The translations under genes and the position numbers were made by a program. From positions 77,044-141,043 of the forward strand of contig PAJM01000017.1 of NCBI GenBank assembly GCA_002706065.1: a stretch of 64,000 nt of DNA. The letters are read 5' to 3'. Within the stretch, counting starts at the first letter, position 1. Each line of letters begins with the position of its first letter. Below, in pieces: positions 1 through 9,300 of this stretch. The notes under the pieces are model-generated. The model saw only the letters and a program-made list of their open reading frames with translations. It was not told the origin of the DNA and made no database searches. The DNA is from Methanobacteriota archaeon. Its GTDB lineage: Archaea; Thermoplasmatota; Poseidoniia; Poseidoniales; Poseidoniaceae.

Positions 1-2
1 AT

Positions 3-1190
3 CTCATTGCTTGTGCCCTAGCAGAAGATGAATTTAAACGAAAAAATGGAGCATCAATCAAGCACAACCTACTCTCGATTGGGCGCTTTCGAGACAGAAA
101 TTATGTGGCCGAACATGAACAAGGACATCTGTCCCGTTGGGCTGCTGTCGATTATGCAATCGATCCAGTTGACGGGGCGATTCAACGATTAGCGACGGGT
201 CTTCGTTCATCTGCAATCGAAGAAGTCATACCGTTTGGCCACGAAGCATACATCATCGAACTCAACGTTACAAAGGATGCGGAACAAGTCATTTATCAAA
301 CGCTACAAGAAGCAAGCCTCGGAATTGAAGGTGGACTGCCACTCATTGTTGGAGTGAAGCGAGATGGCGAACCAAGCACAGTTCCCAACAAAGATTTCAC
401 GTTGATGCCGAAGGATAGAATCGCAGTAGCCACTAGCGGACTGGGTTCATTCAGCCGAATTTTAACGGCCTTTGGACATGAGTCAATCGATTTCCCCGCA
501 CAACCGCGGGTCGCAATCATCGGAGCCACAGATGTTGGCAAGCGCATTGCAGAGAATTGGCTGCGCAATGGAGCGCATGTTACAGTCATTGAACGCACAC
601 TCAACGTTGCCAATACCCTCTCAGGCTCCGATATCGGGGCGCATGCAAATCTCGACGTCATCCATGGTGACTTTTTGGATCGCAACATTCTCACAGAAAT
701 TGGAATCAAAGAACATCACATCGCTATCGCAGCACTTGACGATGATCACATCTCCATCGCTGCAGCACTCCTTGCCAGCGATATGGGTGTAACAAGAACC
801 GGTTTGATTCTCAAGGATTCAGATCTTGTAACGGTAACACAACGTATGGGGATCACCTTTGCTGTTGATATAAAGCGAGTTGCTGTTGACAACATTCTGG
901 CACATATTCACACAAAAGCATCGGGAGCTTACGCCATATTATCGAATATTCCAGATGTTGTCGGCATTAGTCAAACAGTCCCAAGGGAATCAAAGTTCGC
1001 TGGAAAGAAAATTGGTAATTCAGGATTACCTGAGTGGTCACGTATCGCTTTCATTCAGCGTCGAAATACAGCAGGATTTTGGGAGACTCTTCGTCCTGCA
1101 CGTGAAAAGACAATCGTTGAAGGTGATCGCCTGATTTTGTTTTGTCGGCCTGATCGGGTCGCAGATCTGGAGAAACGCTTCAAGGTGTAA
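3..1190 (+). CDS. trkA: Trk system potassium uptake NAD-binding subunit (5' truncated by window edge)
   Basis: Frame is open from base 3 (LIACALAE...); RCK-N/RCK-C pattern (RVAIIGATDVG, DVIHGD, EGDRLILF); directly upstream of trkH. Confidence 0.9.
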   Translation, partial: LIACALAEDEFKRKNGASIKHNLLSIGRFRDRNYVAEHEQGHLSRWAAVDYAIDPVDGAIQRLATGLRSSAIEEVIPFGHEAYIIELNVTKDAEQVIYQTLQEASLGIEGGLPLIVGVKRDGEPSTVPNKDFTLMPKDRIAVATSGLGSFSRILTAFGHESIDFPAQPRVAIIGATDVGKRIAENWLRNGAHVTVIERTLNVANTLSGSDIGAHANLDVIHGDFLDRNILTEIGIKEHHIAIAALDDDHISIAAALLASDMGVTRTGLILKDSDLVTVTQRMGITFAVDIKRVAVDNILAHIHTKASGAYAILSNIPDVVGISQTVPRESKFAGKKIGNSGLPEWSRIAFIQRRNTAGFWETLRPAREKTIVEGDRLILFCRPDRVADLEKRFKV

Positions 1191-1192
1191 TC

Positions 1193-2833
1193 ATGAGATT
1201 TGACGTTCTGAACCTCATTCTTGGCTGGACTCTTGTCGCTTTGACAGTTCCTCTCCTGCTTTGTGTTGTTGCCACAGGCTATCTCGACAATTGGGAGCTT
1301 GCTTTTCGAGCATTTTCGATTCCTGCTGGACTTTCTTTATTCATCGGTTCCATGATGTTGCGATTTGGTACAAAACGAAACACCCACATGCGACTACGTG
1401 ATCGAGAAGCCTTTGCCGCAGTGGCATTGGTTTGGCCGCTTGCCGTCTTCATAGGCGCACTTCCGTATTGGTTTGGCGGTATGTTCCATGGTCCATTTAC
1501 CGATGGCTCGAGTTTTGCTGACGTTGCTCGAGGTGCAGTCAATTCATGGTTTGAATCGATGTCAGGATTCACGACAACTGGAGCAACCGTTATTTCCACC
1601 TCGATGAGCCCAAATTGCCTGCCAGGTATGGATTGCATCAATTCACAGCCACGTGGTTTATTGTTTTGGAGATCGTTAACACAATGGTTTGGTGGAATGG
1701 GTATTATCATGCTCGGAATGATGATCCTCTCTCGGGTGATTGGTGGTGGAATGGCACTTGCGCGTGCTGAATTGACTGGTCCTTCATTGTCGCGATTGAA
1801 GCCCAAACTTCAGGAAACAGCATTGGCACTCTGGGGCTTGTATCTTGCATTGACAGTCCTTGAATTTGGATTGCTATGGACCATCGGCGGCATGGATTGG
1901 TTTGATTCTATAAATCACGCACTTACGACAATGCCGACGGGAGGATTCTCGACATATGATGCCAGTATTGGTCATTTTGAGTCTTATACGATTGAATTGA
2001 TAATTATCCTCTTCATGTTCATTGGAGGGATCAATTTCACATTGTTATGGTTCATCCGAGAGGGGCAGTTTCGTAAAGCAACACAGGATGAAGAATTTCG
2101 GAATTACATCGTCTACATCCTTACAACCTTTTTGTTCATCACCATCGCATTGTTAGCAACCAGAGATTACACGACCGTCGATTCTTTCATTGACTCTCTT
2201 TTCCATGTCGTATCGTTGGGAACCTCAACGGGTTACACCTCAACAGATTACATGCAATGGCCTGTTGTTACGCACTTGTTCCTGTTTGTTCTCATGATCG
2301 TTGGTGCATCGGCCGGTAGCACCAGCGGTGGACTGAAATTACTTCGAATCAATCTCGCATTCAAGGTAGCAATGCGTGAACTGGTCCGAATTGCACAACC
2401 TCGAAAGGTGCAGACCATTCGAATGAACGGAGAAGTTGTTGGAAGTCAACAACTAGGTCTTATTGTTGGAATGTTATTTGTCTGGATTGGACTGTTTGCA
2501 ATCTCTTCGATTCTCCTCGCATTCATAGTACCTGGTGAAGATTTCGAGTCAATATTAGCTCTAGTGGCATCCAGTTTAGGAAACACAGGACCGACGATTG
2601 GGAATTATGGTCCAAGTGAAACATGGGCGGGTCTCAATTCAGGCGCACTCCTGTTGACGTCTGTTCTGATGTGGTTCGGACGTCTTGAATTACTCACTGC
2701 AGTCATCCTTTTGCACCCCCACACATGGCGTTCTGAATCTAAGGGTGCAGTGCCAAGGGGAGCGCTTAATCGACTAAAGCGAATGATTTCGCGTGAACCT
2801 CACGACGAGTCAGAACAAGGTCCTTTGAGCTGA
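1193..2833 (+). CDS. trkH: Trk system potassium uptake membrane protein
   Basis: Pore-loop motifs FESMSGFTTTG, TMPTGGFS, TSTGY, SSLGNTGP, GSTSGGLK, MWFGRLE; many TM segments. Confidence 0.95.
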   Translation: MRFDVLNLILGWTLVALTVPLLLCVVATGYLDNWELAFRAFSIPAGLSLFIGSMMLRFGTKRNTHMRLRDREAFAAVALVWPLAVFIGALPYWFGGMFHGPFTDGSSFADVARGAVNSWFESMSGFTTTGATVISTSMSPNCLPGMDCINSQPRGLLFWRSLTQWFGGMGIIMLGMMILSRVIGGGMALARAELTGPSLSRLKPKLQETALALWGLYLALTVLEFGLLWTIGGMDWFDSINHALTTMPTGGFSTYDASIGHFESYTIELIIILFMFIGGINFTLLWFIREGQFRKATQDEEFRNYIVYILTTFLFITIALLATRDYTTVDSFIDSLFHVVSLGTSTGYTSTDYMQWPVVTHLFLFVLMIVGASAGSTSGGLKLLRINLAFKVAMRELVRIAQPRKVQTIRMNGEVVGSQQLGLIVGMLFVWIGLFAISSILLAFIVPGEDFESILALVASSLGNTGPTIGNYGPSETWAGLNSGALLLTSVLMWFGRLELLTAVILLHPHTWRSESKGAVPRGALNRLKRMISREPHDESEQGPLS

Positions 2834-4336
2834 ATCGCGTTGAGGTTCAGATTCTTCAGGTTCAACATCATGTTCAACATCGAGATTTTGATTCAACTCT
2901 TCAAGGACTGAATCAATCACTGGATCTTTCCATTGTTCTTCTGCAGCTTCAAAGGCTTGAATCAGAGCTTTCGTTGATTTGCGTGAAACAGGTAAATTGC
3001 AAAGCGCAACGTGCTCGTCTGCACTCAAACCAAATGCAAGAGAAATCTCAAAACGATTCGGGTCACCAAACACTGGGTTCTCTTGGTGAAGAATGCTCAA
3101 CAATGGCATAAATTCACGCCGAACAGTTGAACGGCTTGTTTTCGAAACGTCGGCAAGATGATTGATGATCGCCGGACGAGCCCATGAACCACTTCGTCGA
3201 AGATAATTGGGGTACGAGGGATAGATTCGAGAGGGAAGCGTTGCTTCATTAGCCACACTTGCTGATAAAGACGACAAGTGCAAGGTCCAATATGAGGAAT
3301 GGTGAGCAGTATCTCGATAACGACTTTCGACAGAACGATCTGCGAGGACGAGTGCATTGGACCCTCGTCGCATGGACGCCGCATCGAATAAGGATGAATT
3401 GTTCCAATGAACCCAATTCATCAAATCTGACGGTTGCTTATCGATACTTCTGCCAATTTCAACGGAATTGGACGCCGTCTCAGCTCTGTAGAGTGCTTCC
3501 ATTCCAGGGAAGACTTCTGTTGTCATGTCACGAACACCTGCTTCGAGATGTTGGCGAACCTGTTCTGGAACCAACTTATCGATACCGCCTGAGGAAAGAA
3601 CCTGTAAGTCTCGAACCAAAGCTCGAAGATCTCCATGATTGCCACGAACAAGAGCATCTATGGCTTCATTGCTGTATTCTATGGATTCCTCGCGAAGGAC
3701 GCGACGAGCAATTCGTCGAAGCCCTTCATCCGATACACGGTCAAAAGTAACCGTAACTAAATGCCTGCTGAATCGATCTTTCGTATTGCGCCAATTCGAG
3801 GATGATCGCCCCCAAAGGCCCATGATATCGTTGCACGCAAGGATGACGGGTTGTTTCGTGGCCTCAAGAAGTCTCAGTAATTCTGCCTTTCCACCAGAGT
3901 CACCAGAGAGTGCAGCAGATTCATCGTTTTCTATTCCTTTTCGAATACGATCTTCGCTGACTGCTCGTAAACCACCACCGATGTGGTCCACCTCATCCAG
4001 CAAAATAAGGGTACGTTGTTGAGGTTTTGTGGGATCATGAAACAGAGAACGATGCGTCGAAGATTGGGTTGCTGCCTTGCGAATGGCAACTGCGTTTCGT
4101 GTGTCGCTTGCATTGAGTTCAATGACAGTCCAACCCATGTCTTGAGCGATGGCACGAGCCATCGTCGTCTTGCCCACTCCTGGCGGTCCAACGAGTAGAA
4201 TTCCTTTCTTTTTCGGCTGCCCATTGACCCAGCCATCCAGCCACTCACGGATCTTTCGACGTTGTGGTTCATTCCCCTCGAGTTGATGTTCAGAGGTAGG
4301 ACGATGCCGTTCAGTCCAATCCGAAGCACTGCTCAT
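2810..4336 (-). CDS. rfcL: Replication factor C large subunit
   Basis: WTERHRP, Walker A GPPGVGKT, IELNASD, Walker B LLDEVD, GDLR, acidic tail ending in PIP-like QRTLF. Confidence 0.92.
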   Translation of the reverse strand: MSSASDWTERHRPTSEHQLEGNEPQRRKIREWLDGWVNGQPKKKGILLVGPPGVGKTTMARAIAQDMGWTVIELNASDTRNAVAIRKAATQSSTHRSLFHDPTKPQQRTLILLDEVDHIGGGLRAVSEDRIRKGIENDESAALSGDSGGKAELLRLLEATKQPVILACNDIMGLWGRSSSNWRNTKDRFSRHLVTVTFDRVSDEGLRRIARRVLREESIEYSNEAIDALVRGNHGDLRALVRDLQVLSSGGIDKLVPEQVRQHLEAGVRDMTTEVFPGMEALYRAETASNSVEIGRSIDKQPSDLMNWVHWNNSSLFDAASMRRGSNALVLADRSVESRYRDTAHHSSYWTLHLSSLSASVANEATLPSRIYPSYPNYLRRSGSWARPAIINHLADVSKTSRSTVRREFMPLLSILHQENPVFGDPNRFEISLAFGLSADEHVALCNLPVSRKSTKALIQAFEAAEEQWKDPVIDSVLEELNQNLDVEHDVEPEESEPQRDSAQRTLF

Positions 4337-4357
4337 ACAATACCAATCTCCCGAAGG

Positions 4358-4365
4358 TTCATGAA
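4358..4365 (-). promoter_or_regulatory. TATA-like box TTCATGAA starting 29 nt before the rfcL start
   Basis: Same motif class and spacing seen at many genes in the window. Confidence 0.6.
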
Positions 4366-4378
4366 GATGTTTCTTGAT

Positions 4379-6055
4379 TCAGAGGAAGGGAAGTTGATCC
4401 ATAGACATTCGTGTTTGCGAACCGTCATCACGCTTTCGAATCGTCACTGTTCGATCTTCAACAGATTGGTGATCCACAGTTATACAAATTGGGACACCAA
4501 TCTCATCTGACCGTGCATAACGCTTTCCAATCGAACCGCTTCCGTCATAGAGCGACACAAGGCCTGAAGTGCTACAACACAATTGATGCAATTCAAGCGC
4601 AAGGTCATCCATCCCATCTTTTTCGAACAATGGGAGGATGGCGACATCAATCGGCGCAACGGAATCTGCAAGTTTCAACATTCGATACGGTTCGCCTCCC
4701 TTTTCCGTTTCCTCAAATGCATGGTCAAGAACATGCCAAAGAATGCGGTCGATACCGAATGCTGGCTCGACAACATGCGGAATGAACCACTCGCCTGTTT
4801 CCTTGACCGTTTTCTGGACTCGTTTCACATGTTCAGCGGCTACAGCGAGGTTGCGGCCATCGGAGAGTGTGACTTCAACGGGAAACTCAACATCTGCGTC
4901 AAAGGATTCAACGATGGTTTTGACTTGACCTGCATCAGCACGAAACGCTGGACCAGCAACTCCGCCATCAATCGTCCAACCATCAATTTCTCGAATTTTA
5001 GGTTCTGAAAATTCTCTTCGTGCACGCAAAGATTTCCCTGTAGCCGTTTCATGAGCCTCCAAATCGTAACATCCACGATGTGCAATTCCAACACATTCAA
5101 TCCATCCATACGAACCATGAATTTCGACATCCCAGCAGTCTGAAGCATAATGTGCCATCTCATCGGATGCATGTTGCCTGAATCGCACTCGTGTACCGTC
5201 AATGCCAACAGATGAAAGAAAATCAAAGGTTTTCCCCATGAAAAAGCCAACTGTTGGGTGACGGATCAACCCGGATTCGGCAGCATGCTGAAGCGTCATT
5301 GAATGTGAAACACCATCGCCGTCGATGAGGCAAATTTCGTGTGATGACCATGAGGAGAAATCATGGTTTGGCCGTTCATTTGGATCGATGAAGTATTCCA
5401 GTTCGGCCATGTTAAATTCGCGTAAGCGAATCATGCCCTGACGCGGTGATATCTCGTTTCTGTATCCTTTCCCTACCTGTATTGCCCCAAATGGAAGTCG
5501 TTCTCGGAAATGCCGATACAATGCGGGGAATGAAGTGAACATGCCTTGTGCTGTTTCTGGACGCATAAATCCTGGGCGACCAGAAGAACCTGCTCCGATG
5601 GTTGTTGAAAACATCAGATTCTGTGCAACCACCGGACTCCATTCGGGTGTTGGGCATGATGGACAATCTGGATTGACCTTTGTTAGTAGAGATTGCAGCT
5701 CCGATTGAGAGAGTGCATCTGGGTTTGGATGGTGCGCTTCGAGCAGTGTATCCGCCCGACTCGCTTCATCGCATTGGCCACAAACGGTCATAAAATCTGA
5801 AAATTCACCTACGTGTCCACTCGCTTCCAGAACTTCGTACGGTGTAACTGTTGGACATGAAATTTCAACAATGTTGCCGAGAGATAGCCAATGGTCAATC
5901 CACACTTGATTCAACCGTGAACGAAGTCTCCCTCCAACAGGTCCGAAATCGTAGAACCCTTTTGCTCCGCCATACAAATCAAAGGCAGGAAGTAGAATTC
6001 CGCGCTGCCGCAACATACCTTGCAGACGTTCTAAGCGTTCATCATCGTTCGCCAC
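4379..6055 (-). CDS. glyS: Glycine--tRNA ligase (alpha2 type)
   Basis: GFYDFGPVG, ASGHVGEFSD, MRPETAQG, YRNEISPRQG, HYASDCWD, VEPAFGIDR, SIGKRYARSDEIG. Confidence 0.97.
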   Translation of the reverse strand: MANDDERLERLQGMLRQRGILLPAFDLYGGAKGFYDFGPVGGRLRSRLNQVWIDHWLSLGNIVEISCPTVTPYEVLEASGHVGEFSDFMTVCGQCDEASRADTLLEAHHPNPDALSQSELQSLLTKVNPDCPSCPTPEWSPVVAQNLMFSTTIGAGSSGRPGFMRPETAQGMFTSFPALYRHFRERLPFGAIQVGKGYRNEISPRQGMIRLREFNMAELEYFIDPNERPNHDFSSWSSHEICLIDGDGVSHSMTLQHAAESGLIRHPTVGFFMGKTFDFLSSVGIDGTRVRFRQHASDEMAHYASDCWDVEIHGSYGWIECVGIAHRGCYDLEAHETATGKSLRARREFSEPKIREIDGWTIDGGVAGPAFRADAGQVKTIVESFDADVEFPVEVTLSDGRNLAVAAEHVKRVQKTVKETGEWFIPHVVEPAFGIDRILWHVLDHAFEETEKGGEPYRMLKLADSVAPIDVAILPLFEKDGMDDLALELHQLCCSTSGLVSLYDGSGSIGKRYARSDEIGVPICITVDHQSVEDRTVTIRKRDDGSQTRMSMDQLPFL

Positions 6056-6364
6056 GAAATCCCCTTATTCTACCCTAATGCAGATGGCATTTCAACTTGA
6101 CCACAGAAAGAGGGGCTCAACGTCAAAAACAAAAGCGCTCCGCTATCACACAGACATCACTGAATTGCAAATGAATTCCTTGTGTACGCTGTTTCAATAA
6201 GATCACTTTTGAGATATGAATGCCTTCTCCGTGGCTTTCTATACACGTGTGCTGAAAATCGTTTCATGACGTTCAAGTCGTGTAGAATCAATCGTTAGGG
6301 AAAAAACGAAACACTCATATGTGTCGTACCTTGCCTCCAACACACTGAGATTGGTGAAGAAAAT

Positions 6365-9300
6365 ATGCCTGAGATAACGTATCTTGAACATCCTACTGAA
6401 ACGGATGTTCTGATGGAGAAATTATGCGCTCCAGTACGGAATTGGTTTAAAGAAAAATTCCCAGATTTTACACGCCCACAAAAATTAGCAATTCCAACGA
6501 TTATGGAGGGGGGCCATCTCCTCCTCTGTTCACCAACAGGGTCGGGAAAAACTTTGACAGCCTTTCTCACCATTATCGATCAATTGGTTCGCAAAGCACT
6601 GGATGGAAAACTGGAAAAAAGGATTCATTGTGTTTATATTTCACCAATCAAGGCACTCGCAAACGATATTCAGAAAAATCTAATCGGTCCTCTAACCGAA
6701 ATATCTGAACGCTTCTTGCCCGATCGTGCACAGGAGATTCGAGTTGGTTTGCGTACAGGGGACACACCACAATCCGAACGACAGAAGATGCTTCGAAATC
6801 CACCGCACATCCTCATCACCACTCCAGAAAGTCTAGCCATTGCAATTACTTCACCAAAATTCCAACCCATCGTCAGTGACGTCGAATACATGATCATTGA
6901 TGAGCTCCATTCCCTTGTTCCAACCAAACGTGGTGTACATCTTGCGCTCACACTCGCATATCTGGATACATTACTTGAACGTCCAGTGCAACGTATTGGA
7001 ATTTCAGCAACAATGGAGCCGTTGGAAACCGTAGCCGAATATTTGGTTGCAAGCGATGACAGAGAATCACGTGGTGATGGACAAAAAGTCTACATTGCAA
7101 AGGTCTCAGGATCCAGAGAACTAGACCTGGACATCTTATTACCACATCCAAAATTTAGTGACTTACCGGTTTTGAAAGTCCTCGACGAAAACATCAATGT
7201 TATCGCAGACCTCATTTCTGCGCACAACACAACGCTTGTGTTCGCCAATACAAGGAAAATGACTGAAACGCTCGTTCAACGACTCAGGCGACCAGAATTC
7301 GGACTTGGTGAATTGGTGGCAGGGCATCATGGCTCAATGGACAAAAAAATCCGTCTCAATGTTGAGCAGCAATTGAAAAAAGGGCATTTACGTGCTGTTG
7401 TAACATCATCATCGCTTGAGATGGGAATTGACATTGGTGCCGTAGACATGGTCATCCAATTGGGTTCACCGGGAGACATTGCGACCGCTCTGCAACGTAT
7501 TGGGCGTGCAGGTCACCATGTTGGTGGAATTCCTCGAGCACGATTGTTGCCGTCAAGTGTTGATGATTTGATAGAATTGGCTGCATTGCAAGCAGCGATT
7601 CAATCCGGAGACATGGATCGACTTGATTTCCCGGAAAATTGCTTGGATGTTGTTGCTCAATTTCTCATAGGATTGGTCATCATCAACGAAATCGACATCG
7701 ATGAAGCGTTTGAAATTGTATCGAGTGCATGGAATTATCGGAACTTTGAGTATGACGATTTCATTGAAGTATTGGATATGCTCGAAGATGAGCGACGTGT
7801 ATGGATTGATTGGGAAGACAACACCTATGGTAAGCGGGGATATTCACGGATGATCTACTACACGAACATTGGTACAATCGCACCTGACAATTCGTATCTT
7901 GTGTTCAATGCTGAAGGGTCGATTCTTGGACAGCTCTCCGGTTCGTTCGTATCGAATCTTCGAGGAGGCGATGTCATCCTACTCGGTGGTTCAACATATC
8001 GAGTAACAAACATACAAGGTACCAGAGTGAACGTATCCAGCGTCACTGGTTACAGACCAACAGTTCCGTCATGGTCTGGTGAAGCTCGTTCTAGGAGCAG
8101 AGAATTATCATCATCACTTTTGTCTTTGATTCGTCATTGTATGGTTTCACTTCGCCGTGAGCAGGACCCTCGCGTGGTTTTACGAGATGCATACGGATTA
8201 TCCACCTCCGTATCCAACGCGATTGCTCGCCATTTGGAAGAACACACAATCGACTCATTTCAAGTCCCTGAACCGAACCGTATTTTAATCGAACAAATCA
8301 TTGGTACCGGTCATCCTGCTTACCTCATTACGACTTGTCGTGGACGTGGGTTCAACACAGCACTGGGTTATTTCATGGCGGGGATTGCAGAATCCTCGGG
8401 AATAAGCGTCATTGAGTTATCATTTGATGAAAATGGACTTCTTATTCGAACTGCCCAAGAGGTCGATCCCGCACAACTCTATGATGCATTCCGGTCAAAC
8501 AATCACATCGAAGTCATCGAACGCTACATCATCAACACTCAGATTTTTGCCAAGCGATTCCGAGAAGTCGCTGGTCGTTCAATGATTATCCCAAAACGTG
8601 TTGGTGCTGAAGAAATAAGTCCGCAACAATTCCAGCAAAAAGCGGAAGCACTCCTTACTAGACATCGGACAATGGAAGGTTCTCTGTTGATGAGAGAAGC
8701 GAAAAATGAGGTGATGTTTGGTGATATTGATATCATCGGACTCAATCAGTTTTTGGAGTCATGCATCGAAGGCGATGCGCGTATTGTTCACACCAAGGTA
8801 ACCATACCATCACGGCTCGGAATGAGCCTCTACATGTCTGCATTCGAAGATTTGATGTCGATGAAAACACGAGCCTTTCTGGTCAAAGACATCGATCCAG
8901 AAGTGCTTCGTCGTTTGATGGGAACACGTAGCCTTGCAACAGAGATGACAACGGAGCAACTCGACAAATATTACAGCGACAAAGCGCCAGTTCCACACTC
9001 GCCTGAGTCCCTTTACGAATTGATGCAACATGGAGGAGGGCTTGATCGAGAATTCAACAACCCGTTGTACCGAGACAAGCTGGAAGGAATCGAATTGGGC
9101 GTTATTCGATCATGGGTTGAAGATCTCTGTCAGAGTGGTAAAATTACAAAGATCAACGGAACGGGCCAACCGGAGATTGATGGGAAATGGTTCAATCCAT
9201 TTATGGCTGAAATTCATGGCACATTGGCTTGCCTCGCAACAAACAATTCCAGTTCAATTGTTGATTTACGGGATTATGATACCAAAGACATGTCGTTTGA

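Noticed and set aside
6056..6364. 309-bp intergenic region between glyS and lhr as a possible ncRNA or replication origin
   Set aside because: No tRNA cloverleaf, ORB-like repeats or strong hairpin seen; explained by divergent promoters.
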